From assembly GCA_030704615.1 (NCBI GenBank), contig CM060734.1, positions 24,304,001 through 24,368,000 of the forward strand: a stretch of DNA of 64,000 nt, given 5' to 3'. The position numbers were made by a program, and so were the translations under genes. Below the pieces are notes generated by a model. It did not search any database and had not been told where the DNA came from. It saw nothing but the letters and a program-made list of their open reading frames with translations. The DNA is from Takakia lepidozioides (lineage: Eukaryota; Plantae; Bryophyta). Shown in pieces: positions 36,101 through 47,900 of the stretch (position 1 is its first letter; each line of letters opens with the position of its first letter).

Positions 36101-38170
36101 AATACATGAATCGTGGAAAAATCATGATCCGGGGAATTCTCCACAAAGGCTCCGAAGTGTGCCACTGCCTCCTGATTTAACCGGAACTGGTGGCACTTGG
36201 TGGCGAAGATCTCCTTAGTCACCCAAAGCACCAAGTCCATCTCTTGTCTTGCATGAAACATTCCCGCCACCTTCGTAGAAACCCAAGAGCCTATGAGCCC
36301 CATATCACCACCCATTAGACAAAGCGCAGGGGAGCCCTCCTTGTGCTTGTAGAATGATCGGGGTAATATGGATAGTAGCTGTACTCTTAATGACTGCATT
36401 GTCCGGAGACCACTGGTTCAACGTAAGCCCCGCAAACGACTTCAGAGCCAAGCAGTTAGTAGCCAAGTTGATTATCGGAGCATCCATTAACACATCCAGA
36501 TAAACACAGAAGGGGAATCTTGCAAGAGGATAATCCAGCAGAGTGGGGCTAAAACCCTGACGGGGAAGAAAGACGAGCTTCGGGCGGCCCGCAGGAGAAG
36601 ACACTCCAGGAGAGCAAGGATGCTTTCACTTGAGGGGTCTGCCAGCAGACGAGGGAGAAGCTGAGGCCACCAAACTGCTTTGTGCCTGCATTGGCTGGGG
36701 GGAATTGTGCGGAACCACACCCTCCGCTGCTTCCGCTGTCTTCGTCTCTGACTGGGATGAATCCATTGTCTCAGACCTATGAGCCGTCTTGCCTTTCCCC
36801 GCATGCAGGCAATCGGCTTTGACATGACCTTCCCCACTACAAGCAAGACAAAACACACTTAGCACTTCCTCTTTAATGAGAACATAAATGTAAGAGCCAT
36901 CTAATGTTGGAAGCTTGATGCTCTTTCCAATTTTAGCTCCCTCAGGCATCATAACAACCAGTTTGGCACCCCTCCATCTCTAGTGGATTCCAGAGCCACA
37001 TTGTCCTTGACCACACTGAGAGGTGCTCCTTCTCCTGGGACTGAAACATTCAAAGAACCTATGAAGGAGCCAAAATGGGCTCCTATCTCTGGCAGAGAGG
37101 CCAAATAGTTATCAGGCAGAAATGGAAGGGCAATGACCCTGGGTTTGTAGGTTATCCCATTCTTATGGCCCCAATCTGGGGACCAGGGGAACAGGTTGAC
37201 CTTAAACCGAGAAGTTGGCAGCTTCGTCGCCAGGGCTTTTTCTGCATCTTCCTTAGAGCTAAAAAGCACAGTGTAGAAACCTCTACCCATGGAATGACAT
37301 AAATGATGGGTGAGGCCCCCCTCTGCCCCCAAGTGCTCAATGATCCAGTACTTGCAGACCCACTGCCTCTCATGCACTCTACCAGGGAAATAGACCAGAA
37401 TGCCATGTTGCAACATCTTCCTAGATTGGGACTTCACAAAATCCATGTTAAGCTTCAAGACTTGTTGACTCTCATCTCCAGAGAAACCTGACTCTGTCTA
37501 GGGGACAATTTCCAAACTGGCCGGGCCTGATGGGAGCTCTGGCCCTTTCCCCAAGAGCAAACCCATTGACTGGACACCTTTACCCTTAGCAGCCATGGAT
37601 GGAACCTCTCCCTCTCACACCCGAATTCCCCTGTTTCCTACGCTGTGTGTTTCCTCTCGACGACATGGTAAGACAAAAACACCATAACGCAGTGCAACAA
37701 GCCTGGGGAAAGCAGGATTGCAATACAAAGGGGAAAGATGAGAGACCGCCAAAGAGAGGGGACAGCGGGCCGCCTTTTGCATGCGAGCAATTACTCCAGA
37801 ATCCTGGATGAGCTCAAACAGATGCACATTCGAGACAGGGGCAAGACTCGGCGCACAGCTACCCAGGCCTCACAACGAGAGCCCGACTGGAGATTGATGC
37901 CGTCCCTTAGAGCAATAATGAGCGGTCATCATCCAAAAACAAGGGCTGTGTCGGAAGGGAGTAGGCAGTTGACCCATTGAAATCCAATGGGGGGTCTGGG
38001 GGTTTGTTTCTTTATCATCATCATGATGGAGGGGGAAAAACTGAAAGACGGCGCGCAATAAGGTGAGGCCGAGCAGTACATGGAACTTGTAATCAAGTGC
38101 TCATGACGGGCACAGAGGAAGGAGGGAGGAAGAGCGGCGAGCACGCCCGGGGACACTCAAGCTTGCTGGA
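33200..38170 (-). mobile_element. Degenerate L1-like LINE (copy B): ORF1 plus endonuclease and partial RT, 3' part deleted; boundaries approximate
   Basis: ORF1 pieces 36949-37458, 36626-36952 (CLACSGEGHVKADC) and 35344-36399; ORF2 starts at 35347 (MNFTLRSWNIRGIG); RT motif MLDFEKAFD in 33438-34049. Confidence 0.9.
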
Positions 38171-40045
38171 GCACCAGACTTGAAAAAAATTCTAAGTCCT
38201 AGACACGCCACTCACCGCACGGCGTAAACTGCGGAGCTACATTTTGGAACCGGGTTACAACTTGTTTTTAAGAAGATAACGAACCTCTTAATTGTGATTC
38301 TTCATATTTCATTTTTTTTCCTTTTATTTTTTCTTTTCTTTTCTTTTCGGTCCTCTTAAAATCTTAATGTATCATAACTGAAAATCAGGTTATATTGATA
38401 ACAGTTGTATGGACCCGGTGGTCTTCCACCTGGATAATGGCATATTGATAACCTGAGAACTTTTTTTGGGGACCCCTTTGTTGATAACCTCTAACCACAA
38501 CAATTTCCAAACCCTACATTATATATAACCGCCTCCATACCGTTTTAAGCAAAGATTCCTTACCCGGACCCTTCAATATGTCATACCCGCCCAACACTGG
38601 TGCATACATGCCGTATCGTCTCTCTTATTATGATACAGTTAGTACATATACAACTTATAACCATACCTTCAGCGTATACTGGTATAGACGTATAGAGTAT
38701 GATTATGAAATTAAGAATATTTTGAAATGTGAAATATCTTGAATATATATAATATGGAAAACTTGTTACACATCCTTGCTTTTTTTCTCAAATTTTCAAA
38801 ATAACAGGAGTGGCTACTGAGTTTTGCAGGAAATAGCCATATTTTCTGTTCATCCACTTTCATTTGGACAGAATCATCCTCCTCTATACTTTCATCCATG
38901 TATATCATCCATATTAGGTGAATTCATCCAAGATTTATATTTGTTTTAGAGAGGTTTGGCGATTTCATCCATGAGAAAATAGTGAATTTTTGAATTTTTT
39001 TTTGAGGTCGAAAAAGTGCGAAAGTTCGCCAGAAATAAAAACACTGTTACACATGTCCTTTAAAAAGAAAAAAAGGCGACAAACTTATATATAAGTGTGC
39101 CCATTCAGGAAACTGGTTTAATGGAAAGTTTCCTTCCAATTTTGATGATTAAAAGCTTAGTATCGTAGACATTCATTTTGCGTAGAAGATTTGAACCGCC
39201 TACCTTTCCTGGTGGAAGCCGTCTCCAGTAACCACTAAACCCGTTGACCCAGAGGAGTTTTCTACTTATAGAGATATTTCTAAACGATCTCGCCGATGCA
39301 AAATGCAATGGTCATTGTCATCCATGGTATGATGCCATTCATCCAGAGAACATGCATGCTGGTTGCCACTGGTACATAGTACATACATTACATGGGCACA
39401 TGCATGCTAGTTGCATGCCGGGAAAAGTTGCTGAGAAACGCTGCCCGGAAGGCTTCAAAATTGTACTTGGCTTTTGCCGGCAATGACAATCTGGAAGTCG
39501 ACAGTTACCGGCAATACAACAATCCGGCAAGTGGTATGCCGGCTGGTTACCGGTGGAAATCTCAGCGAGGGGTTTGGAGGCAAGGGGTCGGACGGTGAAG
39601 TTGGGGAAACAAGGGGTGGAAAATAAGTTTTAAATGCCGAGAAATGAAGAAAGTGCAAACCGTCCACAGACCCCCGTTTTGACGATTCACTGTTTTCGCA
39701 CGTGATAACTCATTTCTCACGTGTGAGAAGTGCAGACTGGATGATAATGGTGAGGGTGCAAACTGGACGCCATACATACTACGTCAATTTCCTTGCAACA
39801 CATGCAACATGCAACGTTTTTTTTTTTCACGAAATTTCGCCACTTTCCGATCCAGAAATTGGCCTCACGAAATTTACAAAGAAATTATGGGTTAAAATAT
39901 GGCACTGTTTCGCATTACTGCCCTCCCTAATGCCGTCATGTCGTTGAAATGAGGACCGCCGCCTGTTCAACTGTCACACAGGGAAAGAGCCACATGCCAT
40001 TCGGGTTCGTTAGATCCAGATGATCTTGCCTATCGATTTCTAGAA

Positions 40046-40339
40046 ACTCTACCACGTGCCAGCGCAAGGAACAAAGCCTTGGGTTCAAACTCTTTCCGCT
40101 TTCACCAAGGGTCGAGCTATGGAGGGAACTCTCATTTAGGTTTCGCTTACCCGCCTAGTATCCGTGTCATGCACCTCCACTTAAACAGACTTACTCTACC
40201 ACGTACCAGCGCAAGGAGCAAAGCCTTGGGTTCAAACTCTTTCCGCTTTCACCAAGGGTCGAGCTATGGAGGGAACTCTCATTTAGGTTTCGCTTACCCG
40301 TCTAGTATCCGTGTCATGCACCTCCACTTAAACAGACTT
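40046..40339. repeat. 147-bp tandem duplication upstream of the callose synthase gene
   Basis: 40046-40192 and 40193-40339 differ at about three positions. Confidence 0.95.
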
Positions 40340-40859
40340 ACACCGCCTCTTGCACTGGCACATGAGGATCTTGGACAAGATTAGCCATATTTGTCAATGG
40401 ATTGTATCCATGTGACAGAGTTGTGCTAGGCTTTGCAATATGCAGTGTCGTTGTTACTTAGAAAAAATTACCTCCCTTGTCGCTCCACAAACGAAACAGT
40501 ACATGAGTTGAGTTCGTATAAAACTCATCAAACATTCTTGACAGTAGCCACGAGATCACATGCCACTAAGTCACCAATTGATCTTCCTCATAGGCCAGCC
40601 AGGAGCCAACGTGGCTCAAGTTCTTAAATGAAAAAAAAACGCTAAACACATATGCAATAAAAAACAATAAAAAGAATAAAAAGATGGCATCAATGATGAC
40701 AAAGAATCGTACACAAAATAAACAGGAAAATAAATGTACGATACGAGACTGCGTCAAAGATATTGTAGGGCCAGCATAAGAGAGGTGGACCACAGCCGTA
40801 ACCTAAACGGAGGCATAACCCACTCATAACCGGACTCGTTACGAGGTCCCGTCGTCAAG

Positions 40860-41953
40860 GAGGGGTGAAAGGGAGGGGTAAGAAGTAAGAAGTGGGAGGG
40901 GGTGTGCAGCGGGAGTTGCGCGAGCTGCTGCGTGTTTGTAGTTTGTGTCTCGAGGGAGTGGGTTAGTGCGGGATCTTAGGGTTGTTTGTGGGAGAAGAAG
41001 AGGAGGAGGAGGACGGGTTATGGTGGAGTTGAGGGAGTGTGTGCGGTCTTGGGAGTGTGTGGATGCGCTTTGATTTGGAGGTGAGTACTGACTGCCGGAT
41101 TGGAGCCGTCTTTGGATCGTGATCGTGATTGGAGTGATCGTGTCGTGGTAGGAACAGCGGGTGCTTGATTTACTGTTCATTTGTTTGAGAATCGTTTAGC
41201 AGCGGGGACGCTGCAGGTTGCGTGAAGTGGAAGATGGATGCGATTGCAGTTGAATGTCTGGTGCGAGCTGGAGATGTGAGGTCGAGGATCGCTGGGTCCG
41301 GTTTCCAGTTGTAGTGGCGGTCTTAGCCAATTCCGTGAAAGTGAGGAGGAAATTTATTGCCACGGGGGCTACTTGTACAATGCAGATACAACCAGCTCAG
41401 GGATCTGTGTTTGCGGATAACAGAAGTTATGCTTGTCTCGCCGCTGGCTTCTGTTGCACGTCTTTTAGTTGCTCCAGCTGACGTGCTCACCGATAGGTAC
41501 CGTCTGCGAATTTCGCCCCTTGGAATGCGGAAAGTTACTTAAGTATACGTGATCGGAAATCTCAATTCACACTTCCCTTCTTTCTTATATCCGATCACCA
41601 ATTCGCGAATCGGAGTTTCCTGCCTCCCTGGAGCAGCTTGCCTCACACTAGGACGTACACCAGTGTAGCCACTTGGTTGAATCGCCCTTGTCATAATGCA
41701 ATTATTCACTGTAATAATTTCCTTGTCCCTAGGCACTTCAATTTTGGCCATGATCTTATTTATGTTACACTTAATCCGGGAAGATTAGGTCGAGTAGGTT
41801 TCAGCTGTCAGCATAAATACATAGGTGTGTGTGAGTGCAACATTCTTGCTTTTGCAAGGCTACTGTGCTTGAGCACCAACATGTTTCTTCTTCTGCCTGT
41901 AGGACTTGCTGGAGTAATCAGATGAAATAAGCTCAACCTTCAAATTAGCCTCA
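40860..41953 (+). promoter_or_regulatory. Probable 5' UTR of the callose synthase gene with a leader intron (about 41497-41902)
   Basis: GA-rich leader-like tract, donor ag|gtac and acceptor cttctgcctgtag upstream of the ATG; TSS not determinable. Confidence 0.45.
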
Positions 41954-44900
41954 ATGGCTACTAGCGGAGGTGCAGAAGGGCAAACTGCGCCTACGGTGAG
42001 AATTGCTGGTGCTGGAGGGACAGAAGGGCCAAGTACACCTGCAGTCAAAATGGCAGGTACTGGTGGAGCAGAAGGGCCGAGTGGACCGATACTGAGACGG
42101 CTTTCCCGGACTTACACAACAGGTGCACTCTCAGAGATCTTCGACAGTGAAGTTGTCCCCTCATCGCTGTCATCAATTGCCCCAATTTTGCGGGTGGCCA
42201 ATGAAATTGAAGCTCAACGTCCCCGAGTTGCCTATCTGTGTATGTGCCCTTCTCCCCTCCCATATGCAGCTTTTTCAATTGAGAGAGGCGGGCATTGTAT
42301 GTCTTTCGTCTGAGTGTCTCAATCCCCCTGGTATTGCAGGTCAGCATAAATTCTCTTACAAATACGCAGTTCTTGTAGGCGTGTTTTGTGAGGGATCTTC
42401 CTATCTATGCTTCTCACTTGGTGTAGGCGTTGTTCAGGTACTCTTGTCTCTGGTTTTCTCCTTCCCTTCTCTTTGGCCCTACCGACTTGTCGAGTATATG
42501 GCTGTCCTTCCAGAACTTAGCATTGCCCAATTGTGGATATGGGTGACAGGCCGTTATCACGCTTTTGAGAAGGCCCATCGCATTGATCCAACTTCTAGTG
42601 GCCGAGGTGTTCGGCAATTCAAAACAGCACTGCTGCAGCGGCTTGAAAAAGTGAGTTTGGTGCTGTTGAAGTGCCCCTAATCACCAACAGAGCATTGCTT
42701 AAAGTAAATACCAGGGTGTTGTAGATCATGAGGGTTTTTCTGTGTTACAAGTTAATGAAATCTTGTGGGAGTAATGTAGGATCAAGAACCAACATTGGAA
42801 GGACCCCTAATCACCAACAGAGCATTGCCTAAAGTAATATCAGGGTGTTGTAGATCTTGAGGGTTTTTCTGTGTTACAAGTTAATGAAATCTTGTGGGAG
42901 TAATGTAGGATCAAGAACCAACATTGGAAGCACGAGTCCGGCGAAATGATGCTAGGGAGATACAGAGCTTTTATCAGCAATACTATGAGAACTATGTTAA
43001 GGCTCTTGATGGGGCTGAGCACTCTGACCGGTATGTTATCATCTTGCCTGTACTGGCAAAATAGCAAAGCAGGGGGGCATTGAGGAAAGGGAAAGAAAAG
43101 CTAGGGCTTTCTGTGGGGTGGACAGCATATATCTGTTGACAATAACCTGTGAATAGTCCAGCTGGACCCACCTGTCCAGCTGGACCTGTTTGTCATATAT
43201 TCTCCCAGAAAGTTGAGGAGTTCCACACAAAAATGCAGGAAAGTTCATGCTGGCTGATGACAATCTGGTTACAGCAGGCTTTGGTTGTAGTGTCACAATT
43301 AGAGTGAAAGATCGAATAAATGAGATGGTCATGATTAGCTGCCAGGCACAGTAGGGATCACCAAGAAAAAGAGGGAGTAGGAGCTTCCAGTTATTTTTCT
43401 ACAATGATTCAATCTGTATATTTGAAACATGAATGCCTAATTGACATGTGTTGTTGTTTCACAGTGCCCAGCTGGCTAAAGCTTATCAGACTGCAGCAGT
43501 GCTCTTTGAAGTTCTTAAAGCTGTGAACCGGGACAAGACTGAGGAGACACCCCCAGAGGTGTGTTCAGGGAGCTCTTTAATTGTTGCCCTGAGTTGTACT
43601 CAGTTCAATCTGTAGTACTTCTGAAATTTCATGCAATCTTAAAGAGTATGTAGTGGTCCCTGTAATGTCCTTTACTTATTTCAAGCCATTTGTTAGAGGC
43701 GTGATCATGTGTTCATGGTATTCTTGTTGCATGCAAGAATTTTGGATTGGTTTGCCATTTCTAAGTGGAAGCAGGTTATTTGAGTAGATTATTGCAGCGG
43801 CCAAGGATGTGGAGCAGAAGAAGGAAATCTATGTTGCATATAACATCCTCCCACTGGATCCAGCTGGTGCATCACAGGCAATCATGCAGCTTGATGAGGT
43901 GAGATGATAATCTGACCTTCTTGCTTGCTGTGTATGAGAAAAAATATTTTAAGAATGGAAATTTATCAGTCCACAGGAGCGGCCTATGGGATACACTAGC
44001 AGAACTGACAGAGACAGAACTACATTTACATCCTCAGAAGCCCCTGAGCAGAACAACGAGAAACCAACCCAGGAACATTAAATGACGTCAGAAGATAAAG
44101 TGGGTCGTTCAGGCAGGCTGCCAGGCTCTTGTAGTCCTCAAAGATGAAACCTTCTGGCAAAGTCTGGTACTCCTAAAGCAAAGATAAATATCTGCATCAC
44201 ATCTCAATGAGTAGGATAGGAGGGAAAAAGTGTTGTTCTGAATATACTTCCTAAGTGATTTAAACGGGATAGATCCTACCATGGGGAATGTGTACCCCAA
44301 AGCCCTCTGTAGGGTGTGAGAACCAAATCTGAAGTTGCCCATGGCTCTTGTGAGGGACAGGGAGGGGTATGAGACAAATTCGTTACATCTACTGAATGCC
44401 CAGGGACACAATTAAAACAACCCAGTAGAATCCCAGAAACCAAGCACCACAGGAACGAAGAGAAGTGAAGTTTCATCTCTGCAGGTCTATCATTTCGAGT
44501 TTGTCAACAGTTCGCCTGTTGCAACTACTGTTGTTGCCAGCTCTTGTTTCAACTTTTGACCTTCTCTGGATGGGATGGCAGATCAGGGCAGCAGTCGAGT
44601 CTCTTCGAAATATCCGTGGCCTGCCTTGGCCATCTGTAACTGATCCATCTCGTCACAAGTCTGGGGAACTCGATTGTCTCGATTGGCTTCACGACATGTT
44701 TGGGTTTCAGGTCTCCATTGCCTATTAAGATGTCGATCCATCTTCAACTTTCAATCCCAAAAGTTGTGTTCGAAATATATATGCTTCTCACCAGAGCTGC
44801 TTTGAAACCCGCTCCTTGATATTGACATGACATGATTCCCTTTCTAGATAAGTAGCGTCCTTGCCTAAAATCAGTTGTGACAAAGACTGGCCTTGGTTCT

Positions 44901-47900
44901 CATTACACCCCTCATCTGGGGCAGTGTGGCTACCGTAGTTTCAATGAGTACACCTTGTTGCTCTGACCTTCTGTTTCATGATGTTATCACTGAGATTGGG
45001 GACAACGATGACAGTTAGGGCCCTGTTTCAGTGAATTAAATGAATGAGTCATGGCATATGGCAGTTCAGACTCCAGTTTAGGAATGTGCTTTTGAGTATT
45101 TTTTTCTTGTGTAGGACCAAATGGACTCTGTAAAATTGTCATACTCTTGCTGAGGCATCTCCGTAATTTTTTGTCTTGTGCAGAAGGACAATGTGGCTAA
45201 TCAACGCGAACATTTGATTTTGATGCTTGCGAATGTGCACACCCGGTTGTTGCCCAGGCCCGAACCTATGCACAAGGTGCACACTACAATTTCTTCTCTT
45301 TATCTGCAGTTATTCCATATCTCCATTCCTTGTTGCACTTGCTTCTACTTGCCAAAGAATATTATGACACTTGTACAACCTTGCCTCTTTAAAAAAAGTA
45401 AAGGCCTCCTCCATCCAGGGAATTTGTTGAACTAACTCTTGCCTTTCTCCTCAGCTGGATGACCGAGCTCTCACTGCAGTGATGAACAAACTCTTCAAAA
45501 ACTACAAGAGTTGGTGCAAATTTCTGGGGCGGAAACACAACCTCTGGTATTGTACTTTAGCAGTCTTGTGCTAGTAGAGGAGTTCTTTGATTTTGCTAGA
45601 GGAGTCTTGACAGCCCTTACGTCTTGACATTGTCAAAGGTTTTCGGGCACAATCTAATATCAACCAACTGAGTAGGAGTTGAACTTGTTAGTGTAAGCTG
45701 GTGTGCTGTGGTAAGACATTTCATCTTTTAAAACCATCAAGGCTGACCAGGCCTACTTTGCATGCTTTGTTCAACTTGGTTGTTTGTAAGGTCCTGTGTG
45801 CCAAGTCATCCACTATCCTTGTTTGTAGGAAGTGCAGATGTTTGAGTCCGTAGTTGCTTAATGATTGGTGGGTGCAGGTTACCAACCATACACCAAGAGA
45901 TACGCCAGCGTAGAGTACTGTACATGGGACTTTACCTCCTCATATGGGGGGAGGCTGCCAACGTTCGTTTCATGCCAGAGTGCCTTTGCTATATCTATCA
46001 CCATGTGAGGGTCTCACCTGTGGAGAACTTTATCTATGTCAATCTTTCTGGCGCATTGTGTGTACTTTACATGGTCATGACCAACTCTTTGCCAGTGTCA
46101 GCATGTAGCTACTCACATGGGTTGTTAACATCTTGTATTTTACGACCCCGAGCAGCAGGGAGATGATGAGTTATCGGTGACGGTTTTGAAAGGGAAGGAT
46201 ATTGTTCATCATGATTTTATGCATATAGAACAGTACCCGTTAGCGACTATACTATTCTTGCGGTTGAATCTAATTAATTATAAATTAGGGATTGTAATTA
46301 ACTTGTTGGTGTTGACAGATGGCTTATGAGTTACATGGAATGCTCGCTGGGAATGTGAGTCTGGTGACGGGGGAGAATATGACTCCTGCTTATGGTGGGG
46401 AAGATGAAATTTTTCTCAAAAAAGTCATAATACCAATCTACAATGTCATTGCAAAGGTGCCATAGACTTGCCTGATGGTCTCATAGCTTTCTAATGTTTG
46501 TAGTGATGGTAGTAGGCCATTTTCACTGTGAGCCAAAAAGAGATTGTATCATTGGAGCTGTAGAAAGAGAGAAATACCATATTGCCTCCCAGGTATTTTA
46601 TTAATTTAGAGTATATCTTGTTGGGTGTGTCTGATAATTATTACTTTAGCTGCTCATGTTTCTTCTTTGCACTTTCTCTCTGTCTGTCTCTTACAGTCGC
46701 AGAGAGGAAAGGGGGATTGTAAGTGCCCGTTGTGTGGGCAACCTGAAGACAATATCCACTTCCTGATTCATTGTCCTGGGTACTCTCACCAACGGGACAC
46801 CCTCTTCAATTCCATCAAGGAAATTGTGCCTGTACCTCTGTTTAACAACTTTGAAAATCTTGAGGCTGAGCCAAAAGCCCAGGCCCTTTTGGGGTCTAGC
46901 TATTAGGCAAATCACACATATCAGATTGATGCTTGTGTGAAGGGATTTCTGGAGGATATCTGGAAATCTCGGATCAACTGTTTATTCCAAGGTAAATCAT
47001 ACTACTGCGTCAGCCCCTGACAAAGGTAGTTTCTGTCCCTTTATGTTCCGCTCAAACTGGGCGCGGGGTCAATGGCCACAAGGCTACAGCAAACAATGTC
47101 TTATGAGTACATTCTTACATTCGCTTGAGGCTACTGCAAACAAAGTCTTCCGAGTATATTCTTATATTTGCTTGGCCCCCTATGTGTCTGCTGGACCTGG
47201 TCCAGGAGAATGCCAGGAACAAAAATGGTACTGCACCACATTCAACATGGCGGAACTATGATGACCTCAATGAATATTTTTGGTGAGTCCTCTTATCTTT
47301 TTCAAATGATCTGGTCTGATTTTTCTGGTAGTAGAGTCTGTTGCATGGGAGGTTGTGTCATCTTTTCAACCAGACGCAGGGAGAATATGGGTATTATTGG
47401 ACATTCATCCTCACTCTAGCACAGAATGCTTTTGGACATGAGCTGGTGCACACAAAAGCAATGCAGACAGGTCACTTGGACATTGTTATTTGCAGGAGGA
47501 TTGACTGCTTTCAGTTGGGCTGGCCAATGCGAGAAGAAGCGGACTTCTTTGTGCCCCCTGCAATTGTTGGTAGGAAACTTCCTTTCATGGTACGTTTTTA
47601 GGAAACCGGCATGTTTGCTTCAGTGGGTTATGCGATCAGCTTGGGACCAGTAGATAAATGTTGTTTTTTATGTAAGGTGGTGCATTGTTTCTTTGTATTG
47701 TATGGTACTACCACATCAGTGGAGATATTCACTCGAGTCTGACCCATCATTGTAATTCCCCTGCACAAGAATCTGAACACATTTTGTTGGAGAATTGTAT
47801 GATTATAGAGTGAGTCGGTTATATCTCCACAGTGATAGAAGCATATTTTGTGAGGAGATTCTGTTGTTTCCAGTCCTTTTGTATGCAATAATGTTCTGGA

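Noticed and set aside
38230-38600. MITE ending in cccgcccaacactgg
   Set aside because: No matching opposite terminus found.
32390-39570. Related ccgg-rich blocks at about 32400-32620 and 39340-39570 as two ends of one element
   Set aside because: Similarity is short and patchy; no TIR or TSD could be established.
40839-41180. 113-aa antisense ORF
   Set aside because: Low-complexity translation of the GA-rich leader region.
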